NCBI GenBank assembly: GCA_050952805.1
Contig: JBMNLM010000001.1
Span: 465,967-529,966, forward strand
Source of the DNA: Bacilli bacterium
Lineage (GTDB): Bacteria; Bacillota_I; Bacilli_A; RFN20; CAG-826
Length of the DNA: 64,000 nucleotides
Reading direction: 5' to 3'
In this document: in pieces, positions 22,744 through 31,080 of the stretch
Position numbering within the stretch: position 1 is the first letter of the stretch
Layout: each line of letters opens with the position of its first letter
Program-made: the position numbers and the translations under genes
The notes under the pieces: model-generated
Database searches by the model: none
What the model was told of the DNA's origin: nothing
The model's input: the letters and a program-made list of their open reading frames with translations, nothing else

Positions 22744-23460
22744 ATGCGAAAACGAAGAAGTTATTTAGTTATCGGATTAGGACAATTTGGTCTATCAATT
22801 GTTGAAGAACTCGTTAAACTAGACCGCGATGTTACTGCAATTGACATTGATAGTAAAGCAATTGAAAAAGTTGCCGATTTAATTCCTACTGCTTTTGTCG
22901 CTGATAGTACAGATGAGCAATCGCTTCGTGAAATCGGTGTTGAAGAATTTACAAACGCAATCGTGTGTTATGGCGATAATGATGTTGCCTCAATTTTAAC
23001 AACTGCTCTTTTAAAAGATTTAGGTGTCGAACACATTACTGTAAGAATGGATAATGACGTTTATATCGATATTATTAAGAAATTAGGAGCAGATGAAATT
23101 GTTACCCCTCAACGCTTAGCAGGTGTAGGACTTGCAAATAGAATTGGTAACGAAGACTTCCTAGATTACTATAATCTTGGAGGAACCTTCTCAGTCGTTA
23201 AAATTACAATTCGTGATGATTTTCAACCTACTTCTATTCTCGAATTAGACGCTAGAAACCAATACGGAATTAATATTATTCTTATCCAAAGAGGCTTAAA
23301 AATCTTTGCACCGCGCGCAACGGATAGAATTTTGCCCGCTGATATAATTCACGTTGTAGGAAAAAGACGCGATATCGAAGACTTTGGTGACTTAATTAAC
23401 CGTGAACAAGTAATTGATGCACCAAAGAAAGCAAAAAAAGGAAAAAGAAAGAAAAAATAG
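22744..23460 (+). CDS. ktrA: potassium uptake peripheral subunit (KtrA/TrkA-N RCK domain)
   Basis: 238 aa, N-terminal Rossmann LVIGLGQFGLSIVEEL, RCK C-domain, lysine-rich tail. GGAGG RBS. Starts 9 nt after ktrB. Confidence 0.8.
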   Translation: MRKRRSYLVIGLGQFGLSIVEELVKLDRDVTAIDIDSKAIEKVADLIPTAFVADSTDEQSLREIGVEEFTNAIVCYGDNDVASILTTALLKDLGVEHITVRMDNDVYIDIIKKLGADEIVTPQRLAGVGLANRIGNEDFLDYYNLGGTFSVVKITIRDDFQPTSILELDARNQYGINIILIQRGLKIFAPRATDRILPADIIHVVGKRRDIEDFGDLINREQVIDAPKKAKKGKRKKK

Positions 23461-23484
23461 TAACTTTTATAACTTAAATAAAAA

Positions 23485-23501
23485 GAGAGGTTTTACCTCT
23501 C
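23485..23501 (-). terminator. hairpin terminator for the nusG operon
   Basis: gagagg / cctctc stem followed by TTTTTATTT on minus strand. Confidence 0.45.
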
Positions 23502-23510
23502 ACAACAAAA

Positions 23511-23537
23511 AACTGGTCGTTTGACCAGTTTTTTATT
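23511..23537. terminator. bidirectional terminator between convergent ktrA and nusG
   Basis: aactggtc gtt gaccagtt stem flanked by T-runs on both strands. Confidence 0.6.
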
Positions 23538-24132
23538 CAGCTATTTTTTCAGTGTCTGCAAAGTCAACTTCAAGCATTTGTGGTCTTCCGAAGAAGTTTG
23601 CACTAATTTTTAGCGTACCTGTTGACTTATCAAAATGTTCGATAACACCTTCAGTTCCCGTTAATGGACCGTTAATAATTCTAACAGTATTACCAACGTG
23701 ATAGCGTTCGTACATATCTTCATTAACGATACCAAGACGTTTTAAGATATGTTCAATTTCATCATCTGGAACTGGGAATGGTTTTGCACCTCTTCCACTT
23801 GATCCAATAAAACCTGTAACTCCAGGAGTATTTCTAACCATGAACCAAGCTTCATCACTCATAATCATTTCAATAAAGATATAACCAGGGTAGAGGTTAC
23901 GCATTTTCTTCTTAGGAACTTGTAAACCCGTTTCTTTATCAGTTACGTATACTGGTAAGCCGGTTTCTTTATCGGTTACTTCTACTTCAATTTCCGCGAC
24001 GATAACATTTAGGATGTTTTCGGCGAGGTCCATTGTTTTGCTTCTTGATAAAATCGCTTCTTTAACGCGATTTTCTCTTCCGGAAGCGGTGGAGGCGACG
24101 TACCAACGAATATCTTTTCTTTTTTCGTCCAT
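23533..24132 (-). CDS. nusG: transcription termination/antitermination factor NusG
   Basis: 199 aa MDEKRKDIRWYVASTASGRENRV with NGN and KOW domains. Contains an internal 11-aa tandem repeat VTDKETGLPVY/VTDKETGLQVP. Confidence 0.9.
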   Translation of the reverse strand: MDEKRKDIRWYVASTASGRENRVKEAILSRSKTMDLAENILNVIVAEIEVEVTDKETGLPVYVTDKETGLQVPKKKMRNLYPGYIFIEMIMSDEAWFMVRNTPGVTGFIGSSGRGAKPFPVPDDEIEHILKRLGIVNEDMYERYHVGNTVRIINGPLTGTEGVIEHFDKSTGTLKISANFFGRPQMLEVDFADTEKIAE

Positions 24133-24145
24133 AATCTACCTCCCT

Positions 24146-24343
24146 CTATTTAAATCCTTCAAATGCTTTTTCAAGTGCTCCTAAAAGACGAGCAACTGCT
24201 AAGTCTTCAAGACTAAGAATTAAGGCGGCAACAATAGTAATTATAAGAACAACAAAAATAAGTGGAAATAAAACATCACGTTTTGGCCAACGAACTCGTT
24301 TGCCTTCCTTAATTACTTCGCCTGCATATTTTTTTAATCCCAT
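24146..24343 (-). CDS. secE: preprotein translocase subunit SecE
   Basis: 65 aa, single TM, WPKRDVLFPLIFVVLIITIV, conserved position upstream of nusG. Confidence 0.85.
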   Translation of the reverse strand: MGLKKYAGEVIKEGKRVRWPKRDVLFPLIFVVLIITIVAALILSLEDLAVARLLGALEKAFEGFK

Positions 24344-24352
24344 TGCTACCTC

Positions 24353-24502
24353 CTATTTCGTTTCCGTGTGCAAAGTTGAGCGATTGCACTTTGGACAATA
24401 TTTCATTTTTTCAAAACGCTTTGTTTGCGTTTCTGTTTTTATCGTAGTTGTGTAATTTCGAGATAAGCATTCTGAGCAAATTAAAATTATCTTTTTGCGC
24501 AT
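24353..24502 (-). CDS. rpmG: 50S ribosomal protein L33 (not in the ORF track)
   Basis: 49 aa [49 protein letters not shown] with two CxxC pairs. Stop TAG at 24353-24355. Confidence 0.85.
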   Translation of the reverse strand: MRKKIILICSECLSRNYTTTIKTETQTKRFEKMKYCPKCNRSTLHTETK

Positions 24503-24601
24503 CGTTACCTCCTAGTGAATTAATTGACTTTTAATCGTCAAATAAAAAGAACAATTAACCTTTTAACCTTTATTTTCATAAAGAAAATACAAGTCCTATA
24601 T

Positions 24602-24629
24602 ATTATCTCATTTTTTTAATGTTTTTCAA
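24602..24629 (-). promoter_or_regulatory. candidate promoter for rpmG-secE-nusG (TTGAAA-16-GATAAT with TG)
   Basis: rc of 24624-24629 is TTGAAA and rc of 24602-24607 is GATAAT preceded by TG. Confidence 0.3.
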
Positions 24630-24644
24630 GCGATAAAAAACTTC

Positions 24645-25250
24645 TTATTCAATTGTCCATTTTGAACGCAATGCTTTAACGATTGCAAACACTTGTCTTC
24701 TAGAAATTTTTAAAATGTCTGCAATTTCGTTATATGAATACCCTGCAATTTTGTGCTTAATTACTAAAACCTCGTCATTTTCCAGCTTAATTGGGACTAA
24801 GTCTGCGATATGATTTACCATTGAATCTGGCATATGGTTGTAGTTCATATACCAATCTTCTTCGCCAATTGAGTCAGAGAAAAAGTAACGATCATTGTCA
24901 TCATACATTTGCATATCAAGACTTTTGGCGTTCGTTAATATCATTCTGCTAGGTGCACGCAAGCGTTTAATTAGCGTCCACATTTGTCGAAAAATTACGA
25001 CTTGAGCGTAAGCTGCAAAGCTTCCGCGACTTATCTCAAACGTTTCAAACGCAAAAACAACGCCTTTAATTCCTTCATTATATAAATCGTCAAATCCAAT
25101 GCCTAAATGACTGTTAGTTTGATACAAAGATCCAGCATTTTTGCGAATTAAAAAAATGAAGTTATTAATTATCATTTTTGTAGCTTTTCCGACATTGCCG
25201 ACTGCGGCTGCACTAATTAATTCTTCATTAGTTACCAAAGGTATATTCAT
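24645..25250 (-). CDS. sigH: sigma-70 family sigma factor, SigH-like by sequence architecture and synteny
   Basis: About 200 aa with region 2 (FDDLYNEGIKGVVFAFETFE...FAAYAQVVIFRQ) and region 4 HTH (YSYNEIADILKISRRQV). Sits between rlmB and rpmG as sigH does in Bacillus. Start ATG 25248-25250. Confidence 0.7.
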   Translation of the reverse strand: MNIPLVTNEELISAAAVGNVGKATKMIINNFIFLIRKNAGSLYQTNSHLGIGFDDLYNEGIKGVVFAFETFEISRGSFAAYAQVVIFRQMWTLIKRLRAPSRMILTNAKSLDMQMYDDNDRYFFSDSIGEEDWYMNYNHMPDSMVNHIADLVPIKLENDEVLVIKHKIAGYSYNEIADILKISRRQVFAIVKALRSKWTIE

Positions 25251-25286
25251 CAATGGCCGTTGCTATTTATATTTTATAAATAGACA

Positions 25287-26003
25287 CTAAAGCCACTGTT
25301 TGGTACGAATTTGATCTAAAATTATTCCACAGGCTACGCTAGCATTAAGCGAATTAACATGCCCATACATTGGAATTTTAACTATATAATCAGCGTTTTT
25401 TAATAATAATTTTGATATTCCAAATCCTTCACTTCCGATAATAAGTGCGACCGGAAAATCATACTTTAGGTCGCTATGATTTAGATTAGCACTGCTATCT
25501 GTAGCGACAATCCAAAAGCCTTCTCTCTTTAAAAGGTCTATAGCATTATTTAAATTTGCAACTTGAGCGATTGGGACATAATTTTGTGCTCCTGTTGCCG
25601 TTTTTATTACAGTAGGAGTTACTTCTACTTGTCTTCTTTTTTTAATAAGAATTCCGTCTACCTTATAAGCATCGGCAATCCTAATTATTGCCCCAAAATT
25701 ACGGGGATCATTTATTTCATCTAATATTAAAATACATGGGTTTTGCTGGGTTTTAGCTGCTTTTAGTAAGGTTTCTAGCGAAGAATACTCAAAAGGCCTA
25801 GTTTTTGCGACTACTCCTTGATGATTACCCTTTACTAAATTATCTAGCTCTTTTTTACTGCAAAAGTTTATCTTAATTTTTTTCTCTTTTGCCAGTTCTA
25901 AAATTTTCTCATCATTAAAAGAATTAAGCACATATAATTCTTTAACTGCATTTTCTTTCAAACTAGAAAGTACTGGAATTCTTCCAAAAACTGAGTTGTT
26001 CAT
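25287..26003 (-). CDS. rlmB: 23S rRNA 2-prime-O-methyltransferase RlmB (SpoU/TrmH family, YacO-like)
   Basis: 238 aa with SpoU motifs (DEINDPRNFGAIIR, LIIGSEGFG, HVNSLNASVACGI). Confidence 0.8.
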   Translation of the reverse strand: MNNSVFGRIPVLSSLKENAVKELYVLNSFNDEKILELAKEKKIKINFCSKKELDNLVKGNHQGVVAKTRPFEYSSLETLLKAAKTQQNPCILILDEINDPRNFGAIIRIADAYKVDGILIKKRRQVEVTPTVIKTATGAQNYVPIAQVANLNNAIDLLKREGFWIVATDSSANLNHSDLKYDFPVALIIGSEGFGISKLLLKNADYIVKIPMYGHVNSLNASVACGIILDQIRTKQWL

Positions 26004-26004
26004 C

Positions 26005-26736
26005 TTATGTATTTGAACTTACGCGAAGTTCAAGAGGTTTGATTTCATCTTTAAGTTCTTCCGTAAACGCTGTAACCGTCGCTTTTGAAGCAAAGGCAAT
26101 ATTTAGCGTTACTCTTAAATAAGTCGCGCCATTAATAATTAACATTTGTGATTGAATGTCACGAATATTTACACCAAAACGTGAGGCAATAATGTGAACG
26201 TCTCTTAATACGCTTGAATCACTATCGACAACAATAGTAATTTTTGGAGCACGTTTTTGCGCTAAATGTTCAACACGTCTTAAGGAAACAAGAATAATAA
26301 GTGAACATACGCAGCCAATACCAGCAATAACAAATTGTCCAGCTCCAGCTGCAAGTCCTATTGTCATAACAAGCCAAAGTGTAGTCGCTGTTGTTAATCC
26401 TTTAATATCTGTTCCTGTTTGAATAATTGTCCCAGCACCAAGAAAACCGATGCCACTAACGACTTGAGCTGCAAGTCTAGCTGGATCTCGAGTTGGGAAA
26501 TCTTCTCTATTAAAACCATAAATCGAGATAATCATTACAAGAGCACTACCAATAGCAACTAACATATGCGTTCTTAATCCTGCCGCGTGTCCGTGATATT
26601 CTCTCTCAAAACCAATAATACCCGACAAAAGCGCAGCGATTAATAAAGAAACTAACACGAGTAACACGTGTCCGCCTGTTCCTAAACTTAAAAACCAATT
26701 AATAATTTGTTGGTCAATCGTTGTTAAACCATCCAT
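26005..26736 (-). CDS. mgtC: MgtC/SapB family membrane protein
   Basis: 243 aa, N-terminal 4-5 TM with GFEREYHGHAAGLRTHMLVAIGSAL signature, soluble C-terminal domain. Confidence 0.8.
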   Translation of the reverse strand: MDGLTTIDQQIINWFLSLGTGGHVLLVLVSLLIAALLSGIIGFEREYHGHAAGLRTHMLVAIGSALVMIISIYGFNREDFPTRDPARLAAQVVSGIGFLGAGTIIQTGTDIKGLTTATTLWLVMTIGLAAGAGQFVIAGIGCVCSLIILVSLRRVEHLAQKRAPKITIVVDSDSSVLRDVHIIASRFGVNIRDIQSQMLIINGATYLRVTLNIAFASKATVTAFTEELKDEIKPLELRVSSNT

Positions 26737-26754
26737 AGCCGCAATACCGCCATT

Positions 26755-28089
26755 CTATAAAATTTTACGTTCTGTTAACAAAATACGAAGTTTATCACTT
26801 TTCTCAAAATTGTGACTTTGCTTTGCTTCGATGTATTCTTTATATAATTGTATATCATTTTCATCAATTTCGGGTATATCAATTTTTATTCCTAAGATAT
26901 TTAACATTTCCATTACATCTACATAATGCTGTTGTAACAAATCAATATCTTTTTCTCTTGCACGTAGCGCCATATTGATTTCTTTTACCTTGGCGAAAAG
27001 TACAGTTAGTGCATTAGAAGTATTTAAATCATCCGCTAATTGCGCGATAAACTCTGCAATTTGCGCCTCTTTTGCTATTTCATCAAGTTTTCTTAGTCTT
27101 AAGAAAACACCTAGTTGTCTAACACTATTTTCAATTCTTTCAAGCGATTTTTCAGAACTTTCAATTACTTCTTCCGTTACATTAAGTGGTGCGCGATAGT
27201 GACTACTTAATAGTAATAAGCGCAAAACATTTCCGCCATATTTATTAATAAAATCGTTACCAGTAAGCGTATTGCCTAGCGATTTTGACATTTTTTCGTT
27301 GTTTACATTAATAAACCCGTTATGCATCCAATAGTTTGCAAGATGCGTCCCGCCATAAATTCGCGATTGCGCAATTTCGTTTTCGTGATGTGGGAATTTT
27401 AAGTCAAATCCACCACCATGAATATCAATTAGAGGTTTGTTAAATGTTTTATTAATCATTACAACACATTCTGTGTGCCATCCTGGTCTACCTTCTCCCC
27501 AAGGTGAAGAAAAAGTAATACCTTCTGAAGTTTTCTTCCAAAGCAAGAAATCACCAGGATGTTTCTTTTTAGCGTTTTCTTCAACGCGAGATCCATGTTC
27601 TAATTCATCAGGATTTACGTGCGATAATTCGCCGTAATTACTATCTTTAGTTACATCAAAAAAGACTTCGCCATCATTTTCGTAAGCTCCGCCTTTTTTA
27701 ATTAAAACGCTAATAAAGTCGATAATTTCTTCAATTGATTCTGAAACTCTAGGCGTAACTGTCGGCACATTTGCGTTAAGTTCCTTAACATTTTCTTCGT
27801 AAGCTTTTATATAACGATTACTAATAACTTCTTCACTTACGCCTTCACTAAGCGCCTTATTAATGATTTTGTCATCAATATCGGTATAGTTTGAAACAAA
27901 AATAACTTTATAGCCTAAGTATTCAAATAGATTTCTTAGCACATCAAAAACAACGACAGGCCTTAAGTTTCCAATATGAACATAATCATACACCGTTGGC
28001 CCGCACGTATAAATTGAAACTTCTCCCTTTTTAAGAGGTACAAAATTTTCTATTTCGTTAGTTAAAGAGTTAAAAAGTTTAATTTCCAT
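26755..28089 (-). CDS. cysS: cysteine--tRNA ligase
   Basis: 444 aa with HIGN (HIGH-class) motif, KMSKS, zinc-binding Cys. No SD upstream. Confidence 0.95.
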   Translation of the reverse strand: MEIKLFNSLTNEIENFVPLKKGEVSIYTCGPTVYDYVHIGNLRPVVVFDVLRNLFEYLGYKVIFVSNYTDIDDKIINKALSEGVSEEVISNRYIKAYEENVKELNANVPTVTPRVSESIEEIIDFISVLIKKGGAYENDGEVFFDVTKDSNYGELSHVNPDELEHGSRVEENAKKKHPGDFLLWKKTSEGITFSSPWGEGRPGWHTECVVMINKTFNKPLIDIHGGGFDLKFPHHENEIAQSRIYGGTHLANYWMHNGFINVNNEKMSKSLGNTLTGNDFINKYGGNVLRLLLLSSHYRAPLNVTEEVIESSEKSLERIENSVRQLGVFLRLRKLDEIAKEAQIAEFIAQLADDLNTSNALTVLFAKVKEINMALRAREKDIDLLQQHYVDVMEMLNILGIKIDIPEIDENDIQLYKEYIEAKQSHNFEKSDKLRILLTERKIL

Positions 28090-28098
28090 GTGTAAATA

Positions 28099-28130
28099 AT
28101 TATATCATATAAGCGGAGTTATTTAACATA
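28099..28130 (-). promoter_or_regulatory. extended -10 promoter immediately upstream of cysS (leaderless transcript predicted)
   Basis: TGATATAAT (rc of 28099-28107) ends 9 nt before the ATG with no Shine-Dalgarno between them. Confidence 0.3.
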
Positions 28131-28156
28131 GTTAAATATTTAAAATAAACAAAAAA

Positions 28157-28199
28157 GACGGCTAATTTGTAGAGTTTATTCAAATTGAAGCCGTTTTTG
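28157..28199. terminator. large-loop hairpin with flanking T/A runs (second of tandem terminators)
   Basis: gacggct ... agccgt stem with 25-nt loop, A-run before and TTTTT after. Confidence 0.3.
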
Positions 28200-28202
28200 C
28201 AA

Positions 28203-28233
28203 TAAAAAAAGTTCTCCGTAGAGAACTTTTTTA
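28203..28233. terminator. bidirectional rho-independent terminator after the small membrane protein array
   Basis: Perfect stem agttctc cgta gagaact flanked by AAAAAAA and TTTTTT. Confidence 0.6.
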
Positions 28234-28243
28234 TTAAAGAGTT

Positions 28244-28477
28244 TTAATTCTTAAACCAAAGGACTTTATCGTTAGTAATAAGCGTAATAATGTCAACTAG
28301 CCAAAGGAATGGAATTCCAATAACTAGGAAGATAATTGCTAATACTATTCCTAGACCATCATTTTTCGTGATACTAAGAACGAGACGATAAATTACCCAA
28401 ATGATGTCAAGAAGTGGTAATGCAAATACAACTTTTGCCCATTTTGGTAAGTTGTCCATCCATTTAATAAATCCCAT
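28244..28477 (-). CDS. small two-TM membrane protein, tandem paralog 1 (unknown function)
   Basis: 77 aa MGFIKWMDNLPKWAKVVFALPLLDIIWVIYRLV..., two hydrophobic helices, own GGAGA RBS. Confidence 0.6.
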   Translation of the reverse strand: MGFIKWMDNLPKWAKVVFALPLLDIIWVIYRLVLSITKNDGLGIVLAIIFLVIGIPFLWLVDIITLITNDKVLWFKN

Positions 28478-28540
28478 GTTTATCTCCTTCCAGTAAAATT
28501 ATATCACATTAGAGTGATGTATTAAATAACAGAAATATTG

Positions 28541-28783
28541 TTATTCTTCCTCATTAAACCATAAGACTTTTCCGGATTTCGATAGGGTAATCATGTCCAT
28601 TATCCAAATGACAATGATTGGGACGATAAGTAGCTGTAAAATCGCTAATAAAACGATTTGTCCCGTCTTCTTTCTTTCTACACTTTTTACAAGGCGATAT
28701 ATAATCCAAGCTTTTTCAAATAGAATTGCTAAGACAACTTTAATGCCTTTTGGTAGATTGTCCATCCATTTGATATATTGCAT
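28541..28783 (-). CDS. small two-TM membrane protein, tandem paralog 2
   Basis: 80 aa MQYIKWMDNLPKGIKVVLAILFEKAWIIYRLV..., GGAGG RBS. Confidence 0.6.
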   Translation of the reverse strand: MQYIKWMDNLPKGIKVVLAILFEKAWIIYRLVKSVERKKTGQIVLLAILQLLIVPIIVIWIMDMITLSKSGKVLWFNEEE

Positions 28784-28871
28784 ATTTGTTTCCTCCTATT
28801 TTAAATTACAAAATTAGATTATCACATGATTTTAAATTTACTTAGCAATTTGCTCAAGAGTAAAAGCATCA

Positions 28872-28913
28872 AAGAAAAAAGGGCCATAAATACGTTAATT
28901 TATAATGGCCCTC
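28872..28913 (-). terminator. hairpin terminator downstream of paralog 3
   Basis: agggccat / atggccct 8-bp stem, 16-nt loop, then TTTTTTCTTTG on minus strand. Confidence 0.5.
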
Positions 28914-28934
28914 AATAGATATAACTAATATAAA

Positions 28935-29180
28935 CTATTGATGTCTTCCTTCAAACCAAAGTATTTCATTTGTGGAAATAATCGTAACAATATCTATAAT
29001 CTTTAAAATAAGCATCGGAGCAACTGTAAGCATTAATACAAAAGCTAAAATAACTTCTACTGTCGCTTTTCTTTCAACGCTTAGGACAATTCGATAAATC
29101 ATCCACATTGTTTGTAAAAAGATAGCAAAGAGGACTTTCGCCCATTTTGGTAAATTGTCCATCCATCTTATGAAATCCAT
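28935..29180 (-). CDS. small two-TM membrane protein, tandem paralog 3
   Basis: Start at ATG 29178-29180 (MDFIRWMDNLPKWAKVLFAIFLQTMWMIYRIV) with perfect GGAGG RBS. The listed ORF is overextended through the rplQ terminator. Confidence 0.6.
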   Translation of the reverse strand: MDFIRWMDNLPKWAKVLFAIFLQTMWMIYRIVLSVERKATVEVILAFVLMLTVAPMLILKIIDIVTIISTNEILWFEGRHQ

Positions 29181-29193
29181 AATTCCTCCTAAT

Positions 29194-29210
29194 ATCGCAT
29201 TTCTTGCGAT
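29194..29210. promoter_or_regulatory. inverted repeat ATCGCA-5-TGCGAT directly upstream of paralog 3 RBS (candidate operator)
   Basis: Seen directly: 6-bp arms, 5-nt spacer, between the rplQ terminator and the paralog 3 RBS. Confidence 0.2.
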
Positions 29211-29225
29211 AATTCTTAGTTTAGT

Positions 29226-29254
29226 GAATAAAAGGCAACGCAATCGTTGCCTTT
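29226..29254 (-). terminator. rho-independent terminator after rplQ (end of alpha operon)
   Basis: aaggcaacg caat cgttgcctt stem followed by TTTTATT on minus strand, 20 nt after the rplQ stop. Confidence 0.6.
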
Positions 29255-29274
29255 TAAATTTAATAAATTCCGTT

Positions 29275-29679
29275 TTATTTTACAAACGTAATAATCGCCA
29301 TCGGGGCGTTATCGCCACGACGATTAGCAACATTTAATACTCTTGTGTAGCCGCCATTTCGATCTTCGTAACGTGGGGCAATTTCTGAGAATAAAATGTC
29401 AAGTGCGGTTTTTCCATCACTTTGGCGAACGATGCCTTCACGAAGTCTAGCAGCGGCTAGTCTACGAGAATGGAGGTCGCCACGCTTTGCAAGTGTAATA
29501 AGTTTTTCTGTTTCAACTTGAACTTGCTTAGCAACTTTTTTACCTAACGTAACTTTTCCATAAACGATAAATTCACTTGTGACATTACGAATCATCGCTT
29601 TGTCTTTACTTGCATCATAGCGAGCTTTAAAGCGAACTCCCGTTTTTCCTCTTACGTTTTTTCTTCCTTGTGCTGGCAT
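29275..29679 (-). CDS. rplQ: 50S ribosomal protein L17 (with about 14-aa N-terminal extension)
   Basis: 134 aa. Core KAMIRNVTSEFIVYGKVTLGKK...LAKRGDLHSRRLAA matches L17. Confidence 0.9.
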   Translation of the reverse strand: MPAQGRKNVRGKTGVRFKARYDASKDKAMIRNVTSEFIVYGKVTLGKKVAKQVQVETEKLITLAKRGDLHSRRLAAARLREGIVRQSDGKTALDILFSEIAPRYEDRNGGYTRVLNVANRRGDNAPMAIITFVK

Positions 29680-29688
29680 TTTCCACCT

Positions 29689-30666
29689 CTAATCTATCGA
29701 ACCGCGGAACGATAGTCCAAGTTCCGTGAGGCGGTCCTTAATTTCTTTAAATGATTTCTTTCCTAAGTTTTTAACTTTAAGAATTTCTTCTTCACTCTTT
29801 TCAACGAGTTCACTAACAGTGTTAATTCCTGCTCGTTTTAAACAGTTGTAACTACGAACACTAATGTCGAGATTTTCGATTTCCATATCTTGGAATTCGT
29901 CTTCATCTTCTTCGACTTCTTCGGCCATAATATTAAGTTCTTCAACGCGTTCATCAAGATGGAGGAACGGTTCAAGGTGTTCCATTAATATTTTTGCGCC
30001 TAAAGCTAGCGTGTCCATAGCTTTAACACTGCCATTAGTTTCGACTTCTAAAATGAGTCGGTCATAACGTTCATCGTGACCTACACGCGTATTTTCTACG
30101 GTATAGCCAACGCGACGAATTGGTGAATAGTTACTATCTGTTGCAATAACGCCTACGATTGATCCTAGGATTTCTCTATTAGCTTTATTTGCTTCGCCAG
30201 TAACGTAGCCTCTACCATTCCGTGCGTAAATTGTAAGCTTAAGTGATCCACCTTCACTAACGTGAGCGATAACTAAGTCTTTATTTACGACGTGAACGTC
30301 ATAAGGTAATTCTAGGTTTGCCGCCGTAACGACGCCTGGTCCTTTAAAGTCAAGTTCAAGCCTTTTAACGGCTTCTGTTTCATCATCAATTACAAGAATT
30401 AAGTCTTTTAAATTTAGAACAATCGTTGTAACGTCTTCTTCAACGCCATCAAGAGCACTAAATTCATGAAGCGCACCTTCGACTTTTAGAGCAAACATAC
30501 TTGCACCAGGAAGGGAGCTTAAGAGTACTCTTCTAATTGAATTACCTAAAGTTTGTCCAAATCCACGTTCAAGTGGTTCAATAACAAACTTTCCGCGTGT
30601 TTCATCACCTTCAGTTTCAATAACTGTAAACTTTGGTTGTACAAATGGATTAGCAATATCGTGCAT
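29689..30666 (-). CDS. rpoA: DNA-directed RNA polymerase subunit alpha
   Basis: Start ATG 30664-30666 (MHDIANPFVQPKF) with GGAGG RBS. NTD and CTD (SVRSYNCLKRAGI) conserved. Listed ORF overextended 14 codons. Confidence 0.95.
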   Translation of the reverse strand: MHDIANPFVQPKFTVIETEGDETRGKFVIEPLERGFGQTLGNSIRRVLLSSLPGASMFALKVEGALHEFSALDGVEEDVTTIVLNLKDLILVIDDETEAVKRLELDFKGPGVVTAANLELPYDVHVVNKDLVIAHVSEGGSLKLTIYARNGRGYVTGEANKANREILGSIVGVIATDSNYSPIRRVGYTVENTRVGHDERYDRLILEVETNGSVKAMDTLALGAKILMEHLEPFLHLDERVEELNIMAEEVEEDEDEFQDMEIENLDISVRSYNCLKRAGINTVSELVEKSEEEILKVKNLGKKSFKEIKDRLTELGLSFRGSID

Positions 30667-30677
30667 AGTATCCTCCT

Positions 30678-31070
30678 TTAACCTCGCGGCCGTTTCGGTG
30701 GCCGGCATCCATTATGGGGAATTGGGGTCGTATCTTTAATTGATGTAATTTTTAGACCTGCTGCGGCAAGTGCGCGAATCGCCGATTCGCGACCTGGGCC
30801 AGGGCCTTTAACATTAACATCAACTGATAATAACCCTTGGTCTAAAGCGACTTTTGCGGCTGCTTCGCCGGCAAGTTGTGCGGCCCAAGGCGTAGATTTT
30901 TTACTACCCTTAAAACCTAGTGCACCAGCGCTAGACCAACTAATGGCGTCGCCGCCTTCATTAGTTATTGTAACAATTGTGTTATTAAAAGTACTATGAA
31001 TGTGGGCTACACCTTTAGTGTATGATCTTTTAATTTTTCGTTTTCTAACGACTTTTTTTGGTTTTGCCAT
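30678..31070 (-). CDS. rpsK: 30S ribosomal protein S11
   Basis: 130 aa [15 protein letters not shown]... Confidence 0.95.
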   Translation of the reverse strand: MAKPKKVVRKRKIKRSYTKGVAHIHSTFNNTIVTITNEGGDAISWSSAGALGFKGSKKSTPWAAQLAGEAAAKVALDQGLLSVDVNVKGPGPGRESAIRALAAAGLKITSIKDTTPIPHNGCRPPKRPRG

Positions 31071-31080
31071 AAAAAATCAC

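Noticed and set aside
28090-28243. T-box riboswitch upstream of cysS
   Set aside because: The region is only about 150 nt and is occupied by two terminator hairpins of the upstream gene. No specifier-loop or T-box consensus is present.
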